Shown here: piece by piece, positions 19,920 through 30,570 of the stretch
How the letters are laid out: each line of letters opens with the position of its first letter
How positions within the stretch are numbered: the first letter of the stretch is position 1
Source of the DNA: Sphingobacteriales bacterium
Lineage (GTDB): Bacteria > Bacteroidota > Bacteroidia > Sphingobacteriales > Sphingobacteriaceae
Direction of reading: 5' to 3'
Length of the DNA: 64,000 nucleotides
Assembly: GCA_028288165.1 (NCBI GenBank)
Contig: JAQBOG010000036.1
Span: forward strand, 11,202-75,201
Translations under genes and position numbers: made by a program
The notes under the pieces: generated by a model
Seen by the model: only the letters and a program-made list of their open reading frames with translations
Told to the model about the DNA's origin: nothing
Database searches by the model: none

Positions 19920-19959
19920 CCATGAGCTTATTTAAAACTAAATAAGCTCATGGTTTTTT
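19920..19959 (+). terminator. Intrinsic terminator after ricT
   Basis: 15-bp stem ccatgagcttattta/taaataagctcatgg followed by a T run. Confidence 0.85.
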
Positions 19960-20049
19960 AAGTCTGATTCGAGTCGAAATTTGACTAGTTTCAGTTTCCT
20001 AGATAGAAGGCCTAAGGACATTTATAGACAATCAAAACAGCGATATCCT

Positions 20050-20526
20050 ATGCAAATTAAAAAGTTGATTTTTATATTTCTCTCGGTTGCCTTAACCGGA
20101 TTTTCCGCCTGTAAAGATCAAAATACGCTCATAGATACTAATCAAGAGATTCAAAAACGTACTTGGAGTTACATAGATAAAATCAAAGTTCCTGTTTCTA
20201 TCCCTGATTCTTCTAAAGCCTATAATATATACTTGAATTTGCGAATTTCCGGAGATTATAAGTATTCAAATATTTTTATCCTAGTTCATCAAATATCCCC
20301 AGACGGTAAAACGATTACTGAAAGGGAAGAAATTAAATTGGCACTTCCGGATGGTGAGTGGTTAGGTAAAGGATCCGGGAATTTATACAGCTATCAAGTT
20401 TTAATAAAAAACAAATACCATTTCGCTAAAAAAGGTAATTACCAGTTTCAATTAGAGCAAAACATGCGGGATAATCCTTTACGGGAAGTTACCGATGCAG
20501 GGCTCCGGGTAGAAATAGCAAATTGA
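20050..20526 (+). CDS. gldH: Gliding motility lipoprotein GldH
   Basis: Lipobox FSAC; YKYSNIF, LALPDGEWLGKG, LEQNMRDNPL; start moved to ATG 20050. Confidence 0.88.
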   Translation: MQIKKLIFIFLSVALTGFSACKDQNTLIDTNQEIQKRTWSYIDKIKVPVSIPDSSKAYNIYLNLRISGDYKYSNIFILVHQISPDGKTITEREEIKLALPDGEWLGKGSGNLYSYQVLIKNKYHFAKKGNYQFQLEQNMRDNPLREVTDAGLRVEIAN

Positions 20527-20573
20527 TATAAGCAGCTGCAGATCAGGGTGGTTTTAAAGAATCAGTTTTTAAA

Positions 20574-20684
20574 ATTGCCGGAATTGAGGCAGAACATCAT
20601 CCAAAAAACCTCTCTAATATTCTTCGGGGCATGCTCTTTTGCTGTTAGTAATGGGACTACATCAAGCAACCTAATTCCGGCAAT
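20574..20684. repeat. 111-bp element bounded by a perfect 12-bp inverted repeat (candidate sRNA or MITE)
   Basis: attgccggaatt (20574-20585) and aattccggcaat (20673-20684). Confidence 0.55.
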
Positions 20685-20700
20685 CTCTTAATATTTTGTA

Positions 20701-21951
20701 TTAGTTAGAAGCGGGCACAATTTGCAGCTTACTTATTTGTTTTATAACCCTTGGGTTAGAGTAATTAAACTGAAAAATTCCGTTATCCCCCGTTACAATT
20801 AGTGATTTTGAAGCAGGGATAATGTCAAATGCATGAAACCCGGTAATCTGCTGAACTTTGATGTTACCAACCTTTAATGGGTCAGTTATTGAAAAGCTTT
20901 TAAGTCCAAATTCACCCTCAGCCAGATATAAATAATTACCAGAAATGCCTAAGCCATGCGGATTTTGCATGGGAAATGTTTTAACCAATGTTGGATGAAG
21001 GATGTCTTCGACGTTTAATATATCTAATTGGTTAACCCCTTGTTGGCAAAAATTGCCTGTTCGCAATGTCACGTACGCGTACTTACCTACAACAATAACC
21101 GGATCGCACGATGTAAAATGTGCATAAGTAGATATGTATTCAGGTGAGCCAGGGTTTTTCGCATTATATATATGCATGCCTCGGGTAGAACCTATAAACA
21201 GCTTATCCTCATACGGGAAAATGGTTTCTATTCCCCATCCAATTTGTTTGTTGCTAACAAAAGTTGGGTTTGAAGGCGCACTTACATTAAAAACGCCTAA
21301 TGACGAATGATCAACTGTATACAAATAATCGTTCATTAACGTGAATCGAGCCATTGATCCGCCTTGCCCATAGCTTTTAGAATCAGTAACTGCGGCTCCT
21401 AAAAAGTTAATAAACGGCGATCCAGCACGATCTTCCATCCAGCCCTCATTTTCTGATGATACAGTTACGACGGTATCCTTATAAGTAACAATCGTTTCTT
21501 TTGCTTGGTCAACATAATATCCCGGGAACACATCATTGTTCCGTTTTTGTAATTTAATGGTCAAAGGATCACTGATATCAAAGGTTAAAAGATCCACATA
21601 ACTATCAGCATATAGAAAATTGCTGTTTACAGCTAAATCCATATTGCCCGGTATTTTAATGAAGTTTATAATACGTGGGTAACTTGGATTTTTATTATCT
21701 ACAACATGAATTCCCTGGCCTACCTCATTTATAAAAAGGTAATCGTTGTAAACGTAAATTTTACCGGGAATACTTATTTGCATAGCAGGGTAAGAACCTA
21801 CATTTTCTGCTCTTAGTGCACTTACTTTAGTTAATACTGAAGTTTTATAATGCACTTTTTTCGTTTTAGGGCCGCTGTCTTTACACGAAGTTATCCCCGA
21901 TAGCAAAATTAACAATAACAGATATTGCGAATAAATGTAGAAGTTCTTCAT
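20701..21951 (-). CDS. LVIVD-repeat (beta-propeller) lipoprotein
   Basis: Lipobox ITSC; repeats GIHVVDNKNP, LLTFDISDP, GMHIYNAKNP, LDILNVED; GQGGSMARF. Confidence 0.85.
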   Translation of the reverse strand: MKNFYIYSQYLLLLILLSGITSCKDSGPKTKKVHYKTSVLTKVSALRAENVGSYPAMQISIPGKIYVYNDYLFINEVGQGIHVVDNKNPSYPRIINFIKIPGNMDLAVNSNFLYADSYVDLLTFDISDPLTIKLQKRNNDVFPGYYVDQAKETIVTYKDTVVTVSSENEGWMEDRAGSPFINFLGAAVTDSKSYGQGGSMARFTLMNDYLYTVDHSSLGVFNVSAPSNPTFVSNKQIGWGIETIFPYEDKLFIGSTRGMHIYNAKNPGSPEYISTYAHFTSCDPVIVVGKYAYVTLRTGNFCQQGVNQLDILNVEDILHPTLVKTFPMQNPHGLGISGNYLYLAEGEFGLKSFSITDPLKVGNIKVQQITGFHAFDIIPASKSLIVTGDNGIFQFNYSNPRVIKQISKLQIVPASN

Positions 21952-22087
21952 AACAGTGGTTTATAAGTTTATCACCTGGACATTAACGGCTTTAGCCGAG
22001 TTCCTTAATATATAACCTTTACGTTCGGGGAATAAAAAACGCTACAGTCAATAAAATATTTAAGATAGCTTGAAGATTATTACGACG

Positions 22088-22178
22088 TTTTGGGCGTTCG
22101 GGCGGGTGTTCCGTTACAATCTTTTTGCGATAGGGGCAAAAAGGATTTTCACTTCACCCCCTAACGCAAAATATAGCA
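22088..22178 (-). ncRNA. Structured repeat, Flavo-1-like RNA motif, copy 2
   Basis: Reverse complement reads gcgttaggggg..aaaatcctttttgc..gcaaaaagattgtaacggaacacccgcccgaacgcccaaaa. Confidence 0.7.
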
Positions 22179-22235
22179 TGAACGGCAACGGTAAACAATG
22201 TCGTACAAACTGAGTTTATGAAGAGATATCTGGCA

Positions 22236-23546
22236 CTATAAAAGAGGGACTAATGTTTCGAGTTTCATGCCTCTAGAGCCTTTAATTAAAATGGTAGCAT
22301 TCGTTATTGGATTATTTTTTAAAGCATCGAACGCTTCAGTAGTTGATGGATAAAAATGGTCTGATGTGTTTTTTAATTTATAGAATTCCTGCCCTATAAA
22401 TATTCGTTTTGATAAATCGATTCTCTGTGCTTTTGCAACTATTTCCAGATGTTCAGCTGCAGCTTCATCACCCAGTTCAAACATATCACCTAAAATCAAA
22501 ACCTTGTTTTCTGCATTAACAGTTTCCAAATTATCTAAGGCAACTTGCACACTGCTTGGGTTTGCGTTATAGTAATCACATATAAGCGTGTTCTGTTCTG
22601 TTTTAGTTATTTGCGATCGATTATTTGAAGGTAAGTACGAATGAACACCCTTGTTTATTTCATCCGGTGAAAGCCTGAAAAAGCAACCAATAGTGATTGC
22701 AGCTAGAATATTTTCAAAATTATAAGTTCCTGTTAAATTGGAATTTGCTTCCAGACCATTATTCTCAAATTCTTCACTCCGCGAGCTCCATTTAATTGAA
22801 ATGTAGGGTGCCGAGTTCAAAATTTTGCCCGAAACATAGCTAGTTTCCGATCTACCATAGTCAATCGTGTTTTTTATTAGTCTGGCATTGGCCATCTCGG
22901 TCAGTATTTTGTTATCCTGATTGATGAAAGCAATTCCTTGGTGTTCTGCTAAGTAAGTATATAACTCTCCTTTGGCTTTTTTTACTCCATCAAAACTGCC
23001 AAATCCTTCTAGATGTGCTTTGCCAACATTGGTTATTAAGCCATGGGTTGGTTGTGAAATACTACATAAAAATTCAATTTCCTGCTGATGGTTTGCCCCC
23101 ATTTCAATAATAGCGATTTCCGTGTCAGCTTGTATCGACAAAATGGTTAGTGGCACACCAATATGGTTGTTCAAATTACCCTTTGTAGCGAAGGTTTTAT
23201 AATGTTGAGATAAAACCGCGTTAATTAATTCTTTTGTAGTCGTTTTGCCGTTTGTACCTGTAATGCCTATAAAAGGTATTTTAAGTTGGCTGCGGCGATG
23301 TTTTGCCAAGTTTTGAAGCGTTTCTAGAACGTCTGAAACTAATATATGCCTCGCAGATTGGCAGTATTCTTCCTCATCAATAATCGCATAAGCTGCTCCT
23401 TTCTGTAAAGCCTGATGAGCAAATTTGTTTCCGTTAAAATTATCCCCTTTAAGGGCGAAAAATAGACATCCTTCTTCAATCAGTCTTGTATCCGTACAAA
23501 TTGTCGGGTGCTCCAGGTATATGGAATACAGTTTCTCTATGTTCAT
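22236..23546 (-). CDS. murF: UDP-N-acetylmuramoyl-tripeptide--D-Ala-D-Ala ligase
   Basis: GITGTNGKTTTKE, NLNNHIGVP, EMGANH, DYYNANPSS and IKGSRGM motifs. Confidence 0.97.
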   Translation of the reverse strand: MNIEKLYSIYLEHPTICTDTRLIEEGCLFFALKGDNFNGNKFAHQALQKGAAYAIIDEEEYCQSARHILVSDVLETLQNLAKHRRSQLKIPFIGITGTNGKTTTKELINAVLSQHYKTFATKGNLNNHIGVPLTILSIQADTEIAIIEMGANHQQEIEFLCSISQPTHGLITNVGKAHLEGFGSFDGVKKAKGELYTYLAEHQGIAFINQDNKILTEMANARLIKNTIDYGRSETSYVSGKILNSAPYISIKWSSRSEEFENNGLEANSNLTGTYNFENILAAITIGCFFRLSPDEINKGVHSYLPSNNRSQITKTEQNTLICDYYNANPSSVQVALDNLETVNAENKVLILGDMFELGDEAAAEHLEIVAKAQRIDLSKRIFIGQEFYKLKNTSDHFYPSTTEAFDALKNNPITNATILIKGSRGMKLETLVPLL

Positions 23547-23705
23547 TAATACAATATTAAAGATTTAACCATAAAATCGGGTTTTTGAATTTATTTACTA
23601 CACATAATAAACACTATATTTAATAATAACGGATTCTATACCATAGAAACCGAAATGATCATTTTTCTAATAAATAGCTGTTAAAGCAAAGTTGGGCACT
23701 TGTCA

Positions 23706-26213
23706 ATGAGCAAAAAGTTTATTCTCCTTGTTTTACTACTTCACATACTGATCTTCCCAGGCTTTGCTCAGAATATAAAAAGTCCCTCCGAATTTTTAGG
23801 TTACAATTTAGGTGAACAATTTACACCGTACTACCGTGTATTAGATTATGTGAGCTATTTAACTGGTATATCTCATAATATTAAAATAAAAGATTATGGA
23901 AAAACGTATGAAGGCCGCCCGTTAAAACTTGTATTCATAGCATCGGATGAAAACATCAATCGTTTAGAAGAAGTTAGGCATAACAATTTAAAATTAGCCG
24001 GAATTGAAAGTGGTACACCTTCATTAAAAGCACCAGCAATAGTCTGGCTAAGCTATAATGTTCATGGAAACGAGCCGTCGTCCACAGAAGTTTCGATGAA
24101 ATTAGCTTATGAGCTTCTCAAATCGTCTAACACAAACATAAAAGCTTGGTTAAAAAACCTGATTATCATCATAGATCCTTGTCTCAATCCGGATGGCAGA
24201 GAACGTTATGTCAATTTTTACAATTCTGTACTGAATTTGCACCCAGATCCAAAACCCGAAGCACGCGAACATTTTGAGCCTTGGCCCGGGGGAAGAAGCA
24301 ATCATTATTATTTTGATTTAAACCGGGACTGGGCTTGGCAAACACAAATTGAAACTCAGCAACGGCTTAGTGTTTATAATAAATGGCTCCCACAAGTACA
24401 TGTAGATTTTCACGAAAACGGCGCTGACCGATCCTATTATTTCCCTCCTGCCGCCGAACCATATCATCAGGACATCACCTCCTGGCAAAAGGAATTCCAG
24501 GTGTTGATTGGGAATAGCCACGCCAAGTATTTTGATGAAAAAGGATGGAGTTATTTTACGAAAGAGGAATACGACTTGGTTTACCCATCGTATGGCGATA
24601 CCTACCCTATATATAGTGGTGCAATCGGGATGACCTATGAGCAAAGTGGTATTAATGCCGGCTTGTCCAGAATAAACGCTGACGGCGATACCTTAACACT
24701 AAAAGACAGAATTGAACACCATTTTATTAGTTCATTGTCTACCATCGAAGTAAGTTCTAAATACTCCAGCAAACTTATAAATGAGTTTAAACGTTATTTT
24801 GATGTTGGTAAAACAAGGCCGCCAGGTATTTACAAAGCATATATAATAAAGGGAGACAACAGAAATAAATTAAAGATTTTAGCGACTCTTTTAAAAAATA
24901 ATGGGATTCAATTCGGATATGGACTGCCAGATCAAAAACATGAACAGCTTAAAGGGTATAATTATTTTAGTAAAAACACGGAAAGCTTTACAGTTAATCG
25001 AAATGATATGGTTATTAGTTCGATGCAGCCAAAATCTGTGTTATTGAAAGTGCTTTTGGAGCCAGAAACGTTTTTTTCAGATTCTATTACGTATGATATC
25101 ACCGCCTGGGCATTGCCATATGCTCATGGCTTGCAATGTTTTGCAGTTAAAGACAATGTCAATTTTGGATTTCCAACACCTGTTGAACTTGTTAAACCTA
25201 GGGAAGAGCCAACAAATCCATTAGTTTATATTGCGCATTGGAATAGTAGCAATGATGTTAAGTTTTTAGGAGCCTTGTTAAAAAGAGATATTAAGGTTCA
25301 TTATTCCGAAAAGGAATTTACACTAGCAGGCAATATTTTCAAACCCGGTTCATTAATTATAAGCCGGGCAAAAAATAAAAATACCTCATTCAATTTCGAC
25401 CAGTTTTTGAGAGAAGAAGCTAATTCTGCCGACGTTGAATTAACTTCTGTAAATACTAAATTGGTTTCAAGTGGAATTGATTTCGGTTCTGACAGAGTAC
25501 ACCTAATTCAAAAGCCCAAAATTGCGATTTTTAGTGGCGACAATATAAACGCTTACGCCCTAGGGGAAATTATGCATTTCTTTGATCAAACCATCAATTA
25601 TCCAATAAGCTTAGTAAACGCTAAAGATTTTGAAAACCGGGCAGATTTCAAATTCAATGTGGTTATTCTTCCTGATGGTGCTTATGATGAATCAATAATA
25701 GACCAGATTTTATCATTTATAAAAAAGGGGGGCAAAGTCATAGCCATGGGAGAGGCTGTTAACGATTTATCAGAGAAAAAGGATTTTGGTTTAAAGTCGA
25801 AGGAAAAGAATAAAAGTGATGATGAAGAATTAAAAAGCGAAGTAGATATCTATGGAAAAAGAGAATCTTCCATTTTCAAAGATTATATTCCCGGAGCTAT
25901 TTACAAGGTTTATTTAGATAATTCCCATCCGCTCGGCTTCGGCTTCCCCCCTTATTATTATACCCTGAAAACGGACTCACGAATATTTAAGTTAAGTAAT
26001 GATGCCTGGAATGTGGGGGTTTTAAAAAAGGACAGTTTTACAGCGGGCTTAGCGGGAAGCAAGGCGAAGGCTGAATTGCTCAATGGATTACTGTTTGGGG
26101 TGAAAAACATTGGGGGAGGTTGCGTTGTTTATTTATCAGATGATCCACTTTTTCGTGGTTTTTGGGAAAACGGGAAACTTTTATTTGGTAACGCATTGTT
26201 TTTGGTAGAGTAA
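23706..26213 (+). CDS. Secreted M14 zinc carboxypeptidase with a C-terminal class-I glutamine-amidotransferase-like domain
   Basis: VHGNE, NPDGRER, DLNRD and DFHE zinc motifs; signal peptide from ATG 23706. Confidence 0.88.
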   Translation: MSKKFILLVLLLHILIFPGFAQNIKSPSEFLGYNLGEQFTPYYRVLDYVSYLTGISHNIKIKDYGKTYEGRPLKLVFIASDENINRLEEVRHNNLKLAGIESGTPSLKAPAIVWLSYNVHGNEPSSTEVSMKLAYELLKSSNTNIKAWLKNLIIIIDPCLNPDGRERYVNFYNSVLNLHPDPKPEAREHFEPWPGGRSNHYYFDLNRDWAWQTQIETQQRLSVYNKWLPQVHVDFHENGADRSYYFPPAAEPYHQDITSWQKEFQVLIGNSHAKYFDEKGWSYFTKEEYDLVYPSYGDTYPIYSGAIGMTYEQSGINAGLSRINADGDTLTLKDRIEHHFISSLSTIEVSSKYSSKLINEFKRYFDVGKTRPPGIYKAYIIKGDNRNKLKILATLLKNNGIQFGYGLPDQKHEQLKGYNYFSKNTESFTVNRNDMVISSMQPKSVLLKVLLEPETFFSDSITYDITAWALPYAHGLQCFAVKDNVNFGFPTPVELVKPREEPTNPLVYIAHWNSSNDVKFLGALLKRDIKVHYSEKEFTLAGNIFKPGSLIISRAKNKNTSFNFDQFLREEANSADVELTSVNTKLVSSGIDFGSDRVHLIQKPKIAIFSGDNINAYALGEIMHFFDQTINYPISLVNAKDFENRADFKFNVVILPDGAYDESIIDQILSFIKKGGKVIAMGEAVNDLSEKKDFGLKSKEKNKSDDEELKSEVDIYGKRESSIFKDYIPGAIYKVYLDNSHPLGFGFPPYYYTLKTDSRIFKLSNDAWNVGVLKKDSFTAGLAGSKAKAELLNGLLFGVKNIGGGCVVYLSDDPLFRGFWENGKLLFGNALFLVE

Positions 26214-26220
26214 AACAAAA

Positions 26221-26260
26221 ACACCGGTGTAAAAGCGCCTACATTGCTTCTACCCGGTGT
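26221..26260. terminator. Hairpin between convergent genes, probable terminator
   Basis: acaccgg...ccggtgt stem preceded by an A run. Confidence 0.6.
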
Positions 26261-26278
26261 AATTAACTAAACTTAACC

Positions 26279-28753
26279 TTAATTCTTCATTCTATTTGAT
26301 TCTGACTCCAAACCAGTTGAACGTCTCCTAGCTTCCTTTACTTCATTTTTGCCAAATCTATAAGTTAGCGTTAACCGCCCTATTTGCGATTCACCTTTAT
26401 CTACAAAATTGAGGTTTACACCATAGGTTGTTGAAATACGTTGCTTTCTTGAATTGAAAATATCATTCATATTAAATTTAATATTGAATTTATTGTCCAC
26501 GAACGATTTACGGAAACCTGCATTTAAAACAGCTTGTGAGCCTACTTTAAAAATACCGTATTGCAGCGGCGATTGATATTGAAAAGAAGCCTCCAAGCCA
26601 AACGTTTTATTAACGCTAAAGGAGTTATCCATATTGTAGTTGAAAGCAGTTTGTCCGGTTTTGAAATCTAAACCATTGGTATTGGTTTTAAAACTCATAT
26701 TAAACACCTGGAAGTTATTGTTCATTTTCCACCATTTTGTAACGGGTACTGGTGCATACACATTAAAACCAAGTACATCCTGACGGTCAACATTTTCTTG
26801 AATAGCATATGTTTTTAAGCTATCGTTCTCCAGCGGTCTGGTTAAAAAAACCATGGCGTCTTTTGTACGGCTAAAATTCACACTCGCAGTGATTCCACCT
26901 TTGTAGGTGTCAGAAAAATCTAACGTGTTAGTGAATTGAGGTCTTAAATCTGGATTTCCTTTTTGATAAGTATATTCATCCAAAAAGTTTAAGAAAGGGT
27001 TTAGGTTATCATATGATGGGCGATCGATACGTCTGCTATATGATAAACCAAATTGATGACTTTTGCCTAGTTTTTGAGACAATGACACACTAGGGAAAAA
27101 CTCGATGTAATCTCGTTTTAAAACAGTGTGGTTTGTTAACGAGTTTCCTCTTGATGCAGTATGCTCTACCCGAAGTCCCATTTGTATGCCCGAAGTTTTA
27201 AGCTCTTTTGAGTAATTGGCATAGCCGGCGTTTATATTTTCATCATATACAAAATGATTGGTAGATAGTGGGTCTGATACCCATGGATTGGCATTGTCTG
27301 ATCTTTTAGCTAAAAGTAAATTGTTGTCTGTTTTTACCCAACTTGACTTATAACCCAATTCAAATTTTGAGGTCTTATTTAAAGGATGGGTGTAATCGGC
27401 TTTAACCGACATGACGTTAATATCCGATGGGGCATAATTCTTCACAAACTTGCTGGATGATGTACCGTCCGCATTTTTATAGAAATTATCTCTAAGCTCG
27501 TCCTGAACACCTTTGTAATTCGAATAATCTACATCCATTGATAATTCTTTACCAAGCGTGTCAATGGTTCCTTTATAGTTAAAGTTATAAGCCATATTTC
27601 TATAACTTTCTTTATTTAGACCACTAATTTTAATGGATTCGTCACCTTTAATATTGCTTTTAATATAGGTGTCCCCTGTATTGTTAACTCGTCCGCTGTT
27701 TGAGTAACCATTAACCAATATTCCAATTGTATGATTTTTATTGATAAAATAGTCGGCGCCTAGTTTATAAGAGTTATTAGTTCTACGGTTATCCCATCCA
27801 TTCGACTGCTTAAAATTGGTAACGGTGTCTTTATTGGTCGAGATTCTTTTTTGAGTAACCTCTCTATTCATATTTAAAGTGTTTAAATAGCCATCGTCAC
27901 CAAAGTTGTAATTACCAAAAACATTCACCTTGCTTTTACGGAAGTTTAGGTTAGTGCCGCCATTGTATTTAGAAGTTAATCCGTAGCCACTACCTGCGGT
28001 AACGGTTCCGTTCAAACCCATGTTACGGTTTTTCTTGGTTTTGATGTTGATGATACCTGCGGTGCCAGATGCATCGTATTTCGCAGATGGACTGGTAATT
28101 AGTTCGATAGTTTCTATCTGGTTGCTTTGCATATTACGCAACATATTTGCCACCTCTGGGCCGCTCATATAGGTAGGTTTTCCATCCATCATGACTAAAA
28201 CCCCTGATTTTCCTTTCATAGAAATGTTGTCATCTTTATCAATGGTTACTCCTGGTGATTTTTCAAGTACTTCCATCGCAGTGGTACCTGCAGAAATGCT
28301 ACTTCCCTCTACATTTACAATGAGTCTATCCATTTTTCGTTCAATAAATGGCTTTTTGGCAACTACGGTTACTTCTTTTAGCGATTTACTCTCAAGGGGA
28401 GATTGTAGTTTTTCAAGAGAAACCTGAAGATTATTTTCATCTATATGGAAGGATTTACTGTATACCTTTCTGTAGCCCACCATGGTTGAAGAAACCAGGT
28501 AGTTCCCCGAGTCGATATTTTCGTAAGCGAATTTCCCATTTAGGTCAGTAAGTGTCGTTTTTACCAGACTTGAGTCTTTTGCTGTTAATAAACTAACAGT
28601 GGCAAAATCCAAAGGCTTTTGCTGTTCGTCTACTATAGAGCCTGAAATTTTACTTCCAATTATTTTATTTGTTTGAGCGTTTGCTGTTGTGCCTATAGTG
28701 GCAAGGGTTGCAGTTAACAGTACAACCAGGCAAGTAAAGTAGCGTGTTTCCAT
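26279..28753 (-). CDS. TonB-dependent-receptor-like outer-membrane beta-barrel protein
   Basis: Signal peptide, CarboxypepD_reg N-domain, plug motif IELITSPSAKYDASG, SRRIDRP, GNPDLRP, terminal LTLTYRFG. Confidence 0.88.
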   Translation of the reverse strand: METRYFTCLVVLLTATLATIGTTANAQTNKIIGSKISGSIVDEQQKPLDFATVSLLTAKDSSLVKTTLTDLNGKFAYENIDSGNYLVSSTMVGYRKVYSKSFHIDENNLQVSLEKLQSPLESKSLKEVTVVAKKPFIERKMDRLIVNVEGSSISAGTTAMEVLEKSPGVTIDKDDNISMKGKSGVLVMMDGKPTYMSGPEVANMLRNMQSNQIETIELITSPSAKYDASGTAGIINIKTKKNRNMGLNGTVTAGSGYGLTSKYNGGTNLNFRKSKVNVFGNYNFGDDGYLNTLNMNREVTQKRISTNKDTVTNFKQSNGWDNRRTNNSYKLGADYFINKNHTIGILVNGYSNSGRVNNTGDTYIKSNIKGDESIKISGLNKESYRNMAYNFNYKGTIDTLGKELSMDVDYSNYKGVQDELRDNFYKNADGTSSSKFVKNYAPSDINVMSVKADYTHPLNKTSKFELGYKSSWVKTDNNLLLAKRSDNANPWVSDPLSTNHFVYDENINAGYANYSKELKTSGIQMGLRVEHTASRGNSLTNHTVLKRDYIEFFPSVSLSQKLGKSHQFGLSYSRRIDRPSYDNLNPFLNFLDEYTYQKGNPDLRPQFTNTLDFSDTYKGGITASVNFSRTKDAMVFLTRPLENDSLKTYAIQENVDRQDVLGFNVYAPVPVTKWWKMNNNFQVFNMSFKTNTNGLDFKTGQTAFNYNMDNSFSVNKTFGLEASFQYQSPLQYGIFKVGSQAVLNAGFRKSFVDNKFNIKFNMNDIFNSRKQRISTTYGVNLNFVDKGESQIGRLTLTYRFGKNEVKEARRRSTGLESESNRMKN

Positions 28754-28918
28754 TGTTGTTGTGTTTTTGTGTGGTGTTGATTCAAAAGTTTTAGGCCAAA
28801 GGATTCCCCTAAAAGGAAATATCCTTTTTAAAATTAATCGATATGTTAAGATTTATTACTTCATGAAGTACAGCAGAGAAGAACACATCTCATCAGTACT
28901 ATGGTGTTGTTAACTATA

Positions 28919-28946
28919 TGACTACATGAAACATAGATAGGTTACA
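28919..28946 (-). promoter_or_regulatory. ECF-sigma promoter TGTAACCT-N12-TGTAGTCA
   Basis: Matches the promoters at 63335 and 63660 at 15 of 16 conserved positions with identical spacing. Confidence 0.7.
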
Positions 28947-28964
28947 TCTTTCTTTGTCCGGATT

Positions 28965-30566
28965 TTATTGATGGTCTTCATGATATTGCTCTTGATCCCG
29001 GGCGTCGTTTCTTTTGTTCAGTGAGTCAATCTCGCACTTCATGCCATCAGTTGTCATAATCCATCTACTTGGCGTTTCAAAATAAGGAGCACCTTCAGGG
29101 AGGCATCTGGCAAGATCGAAGTCATATAATAACCTATTAAGCCTGTTATCAATAACTAACTTAGTATTTGCAGGTAGCTTAAGCGTCAGGTTTATCTCTT
29201 GATCTCTAAATAACTCCGTATTTTTAATTGATAGGTTTTTGTCAAAATAAAGAGTTGAATCTGTTTGCTTGAAATTATATATAATGCGTTTAGCGTTATT
29301 TAAAGCGCTCTGAAAATCACGTCCTCGTGAGCTATATTCTTGTGTTAGCATTGGGATAGCAATATCACTTTGTTCGAAATGCAATTTTATGCGATTATGA
29401 TCTGTGTCGAAATGATTTTCATCCCCGTCAATAATCACAGTTCCTTTAAACTGACCGGGATCGATGTTAAATTGAACACTATCCTCTTTACTTAAATATT
29501 TAACCTCGTTTAGTTTTAGGAAGTAAACAGAGGCCGGTTTAAGCTCTGTAGTTTTAGAGAACGTAGCTTTTCCCTTAAATTCAGACGCCAACCGAGAGCC
29601 AAAGTGAATTCCGAATCCAATTCCAGTTAGCCATATAATAAGCATAGCAAACGACGATGTTTTAGTTAAAACTCTTTTATTAAAGATTACCCGGATAGCA
29701 AACAGAACCAACGCTATTAATGGTATAAAAATAATTACAAATGCACTTACCACTATCCCCGCCCTATATTCGGGGTTTGCCACATTTATAGGGAATTCAT
29801 TAATAGCTGAATTACTTGAGATAGCTAATAAGGCAATTAATGCTACAATGAAACCGAGTGATATCATTCCTCCAATGAAGATGATAAAGCCCCCCACGAT
29901 CTTAACGGCAACTTTCAAAATATTTCCGATTACGATAGCTAAACGGTCTATGGCAGGTCTTACTTCTCTTTGAGCTCTATTGAATCCATGCTTTAAGTTT
30001 TCTACTTCTTCGTCAAAATTCTTTTTAAAACTTTGCAAGTTAATTGGCTCACCTTTCATAGCCATTTTATCAGCTCTTGTAACGGCTTTTGGCATTATTA
30101 TCCATAAAACAATATAAAGCGGCAATCCTGCTCCACCTATAATTACAGATGCTATAGCTATTAATCTAATCCATCGAGGTTCAATGTCAAAATAATGCCC
30201 GATACCCGCACAAACTCCTCCTATTATTCGGTCATCCATATCCCTAAATAATTTTTTCTCTGATTTAAGGTTCAAGGGAGGATTGAAATCAGTCTCTTCT
30301 TCTAACTCAAATTCATTAACACTACCCATTTGCGCGGTAATTTCCTGAACATACAGCATTGTAATTACTTGACTATTGTCTGCAGCTAAACGTTCAGTGA
30401 ACATTTCTGCTAATCTGTTTTCAATATCAGTGGTTATTTCCTCACTGTCGGGCGTATAAGCAAAATGTCTTTTTACACCCGTCATGTAGTCCCTTAATAA
30501 ATCATAAGCATCTTCTTCTATATGGAATACAATGCCGTTAATATTTATGATGATCGTTTTATTCAT
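28965..30566 (-). CDS. PspC-domain membrane protein
   Basis: MNKTIIINING..IEEDAY N-terminus; PspC motif LFRDMDDRIIGGVCAGIGHYF...YIVLWIIMP; start moved to 30566. Confidence 0.88.
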   Translation of the reverse strand: MNKTIIININGIVFHIEEDAYDLLRDYMTGVKRHFAYTPDSEEITTDIENRLAEMFTERLAADNSQVITMLYVQEITAQMGSVNEFELEEETDFNPPLNLKSEKKLFRDMDDRIIGGVCAGIGHYFDIEPRWIRLIAIASVIIGGAGLPLYIVLWIIMPKAVTRADKMAMKGEPINLQSFKKNFDEEVENLKHGFNRAQREVRPAIDRLAIVIGNILKVAVKIVGGFIIFIGGMISLGFIVALIALLAISSNSAINEFPINVANPEYRAGIVVSAFVIIFIPLIALVLFAIRVIFNKRVLTKTSSFAMLIIWLTGIGFGIHFGSRLASEFKGKATFSKTTELKPASVYFLKLNEVKYLSKEDSVQFNIDPGQFKGTVIIDGDENHFDTDHNRIKLHFEQSDIAIPMLTQEYSSRGRDFQSALNNAKRIIYNFKQTDSTLYFDKNLSIKNTELFRDQEINLTLKLPANTKLVIDNRLNRLLYDFDLARCLPEGAPYFETPSRWIMTTDGMKCEIDSLNKRNDARDQEQYHEDHQ

Positions 30567-30570
30567 GACT

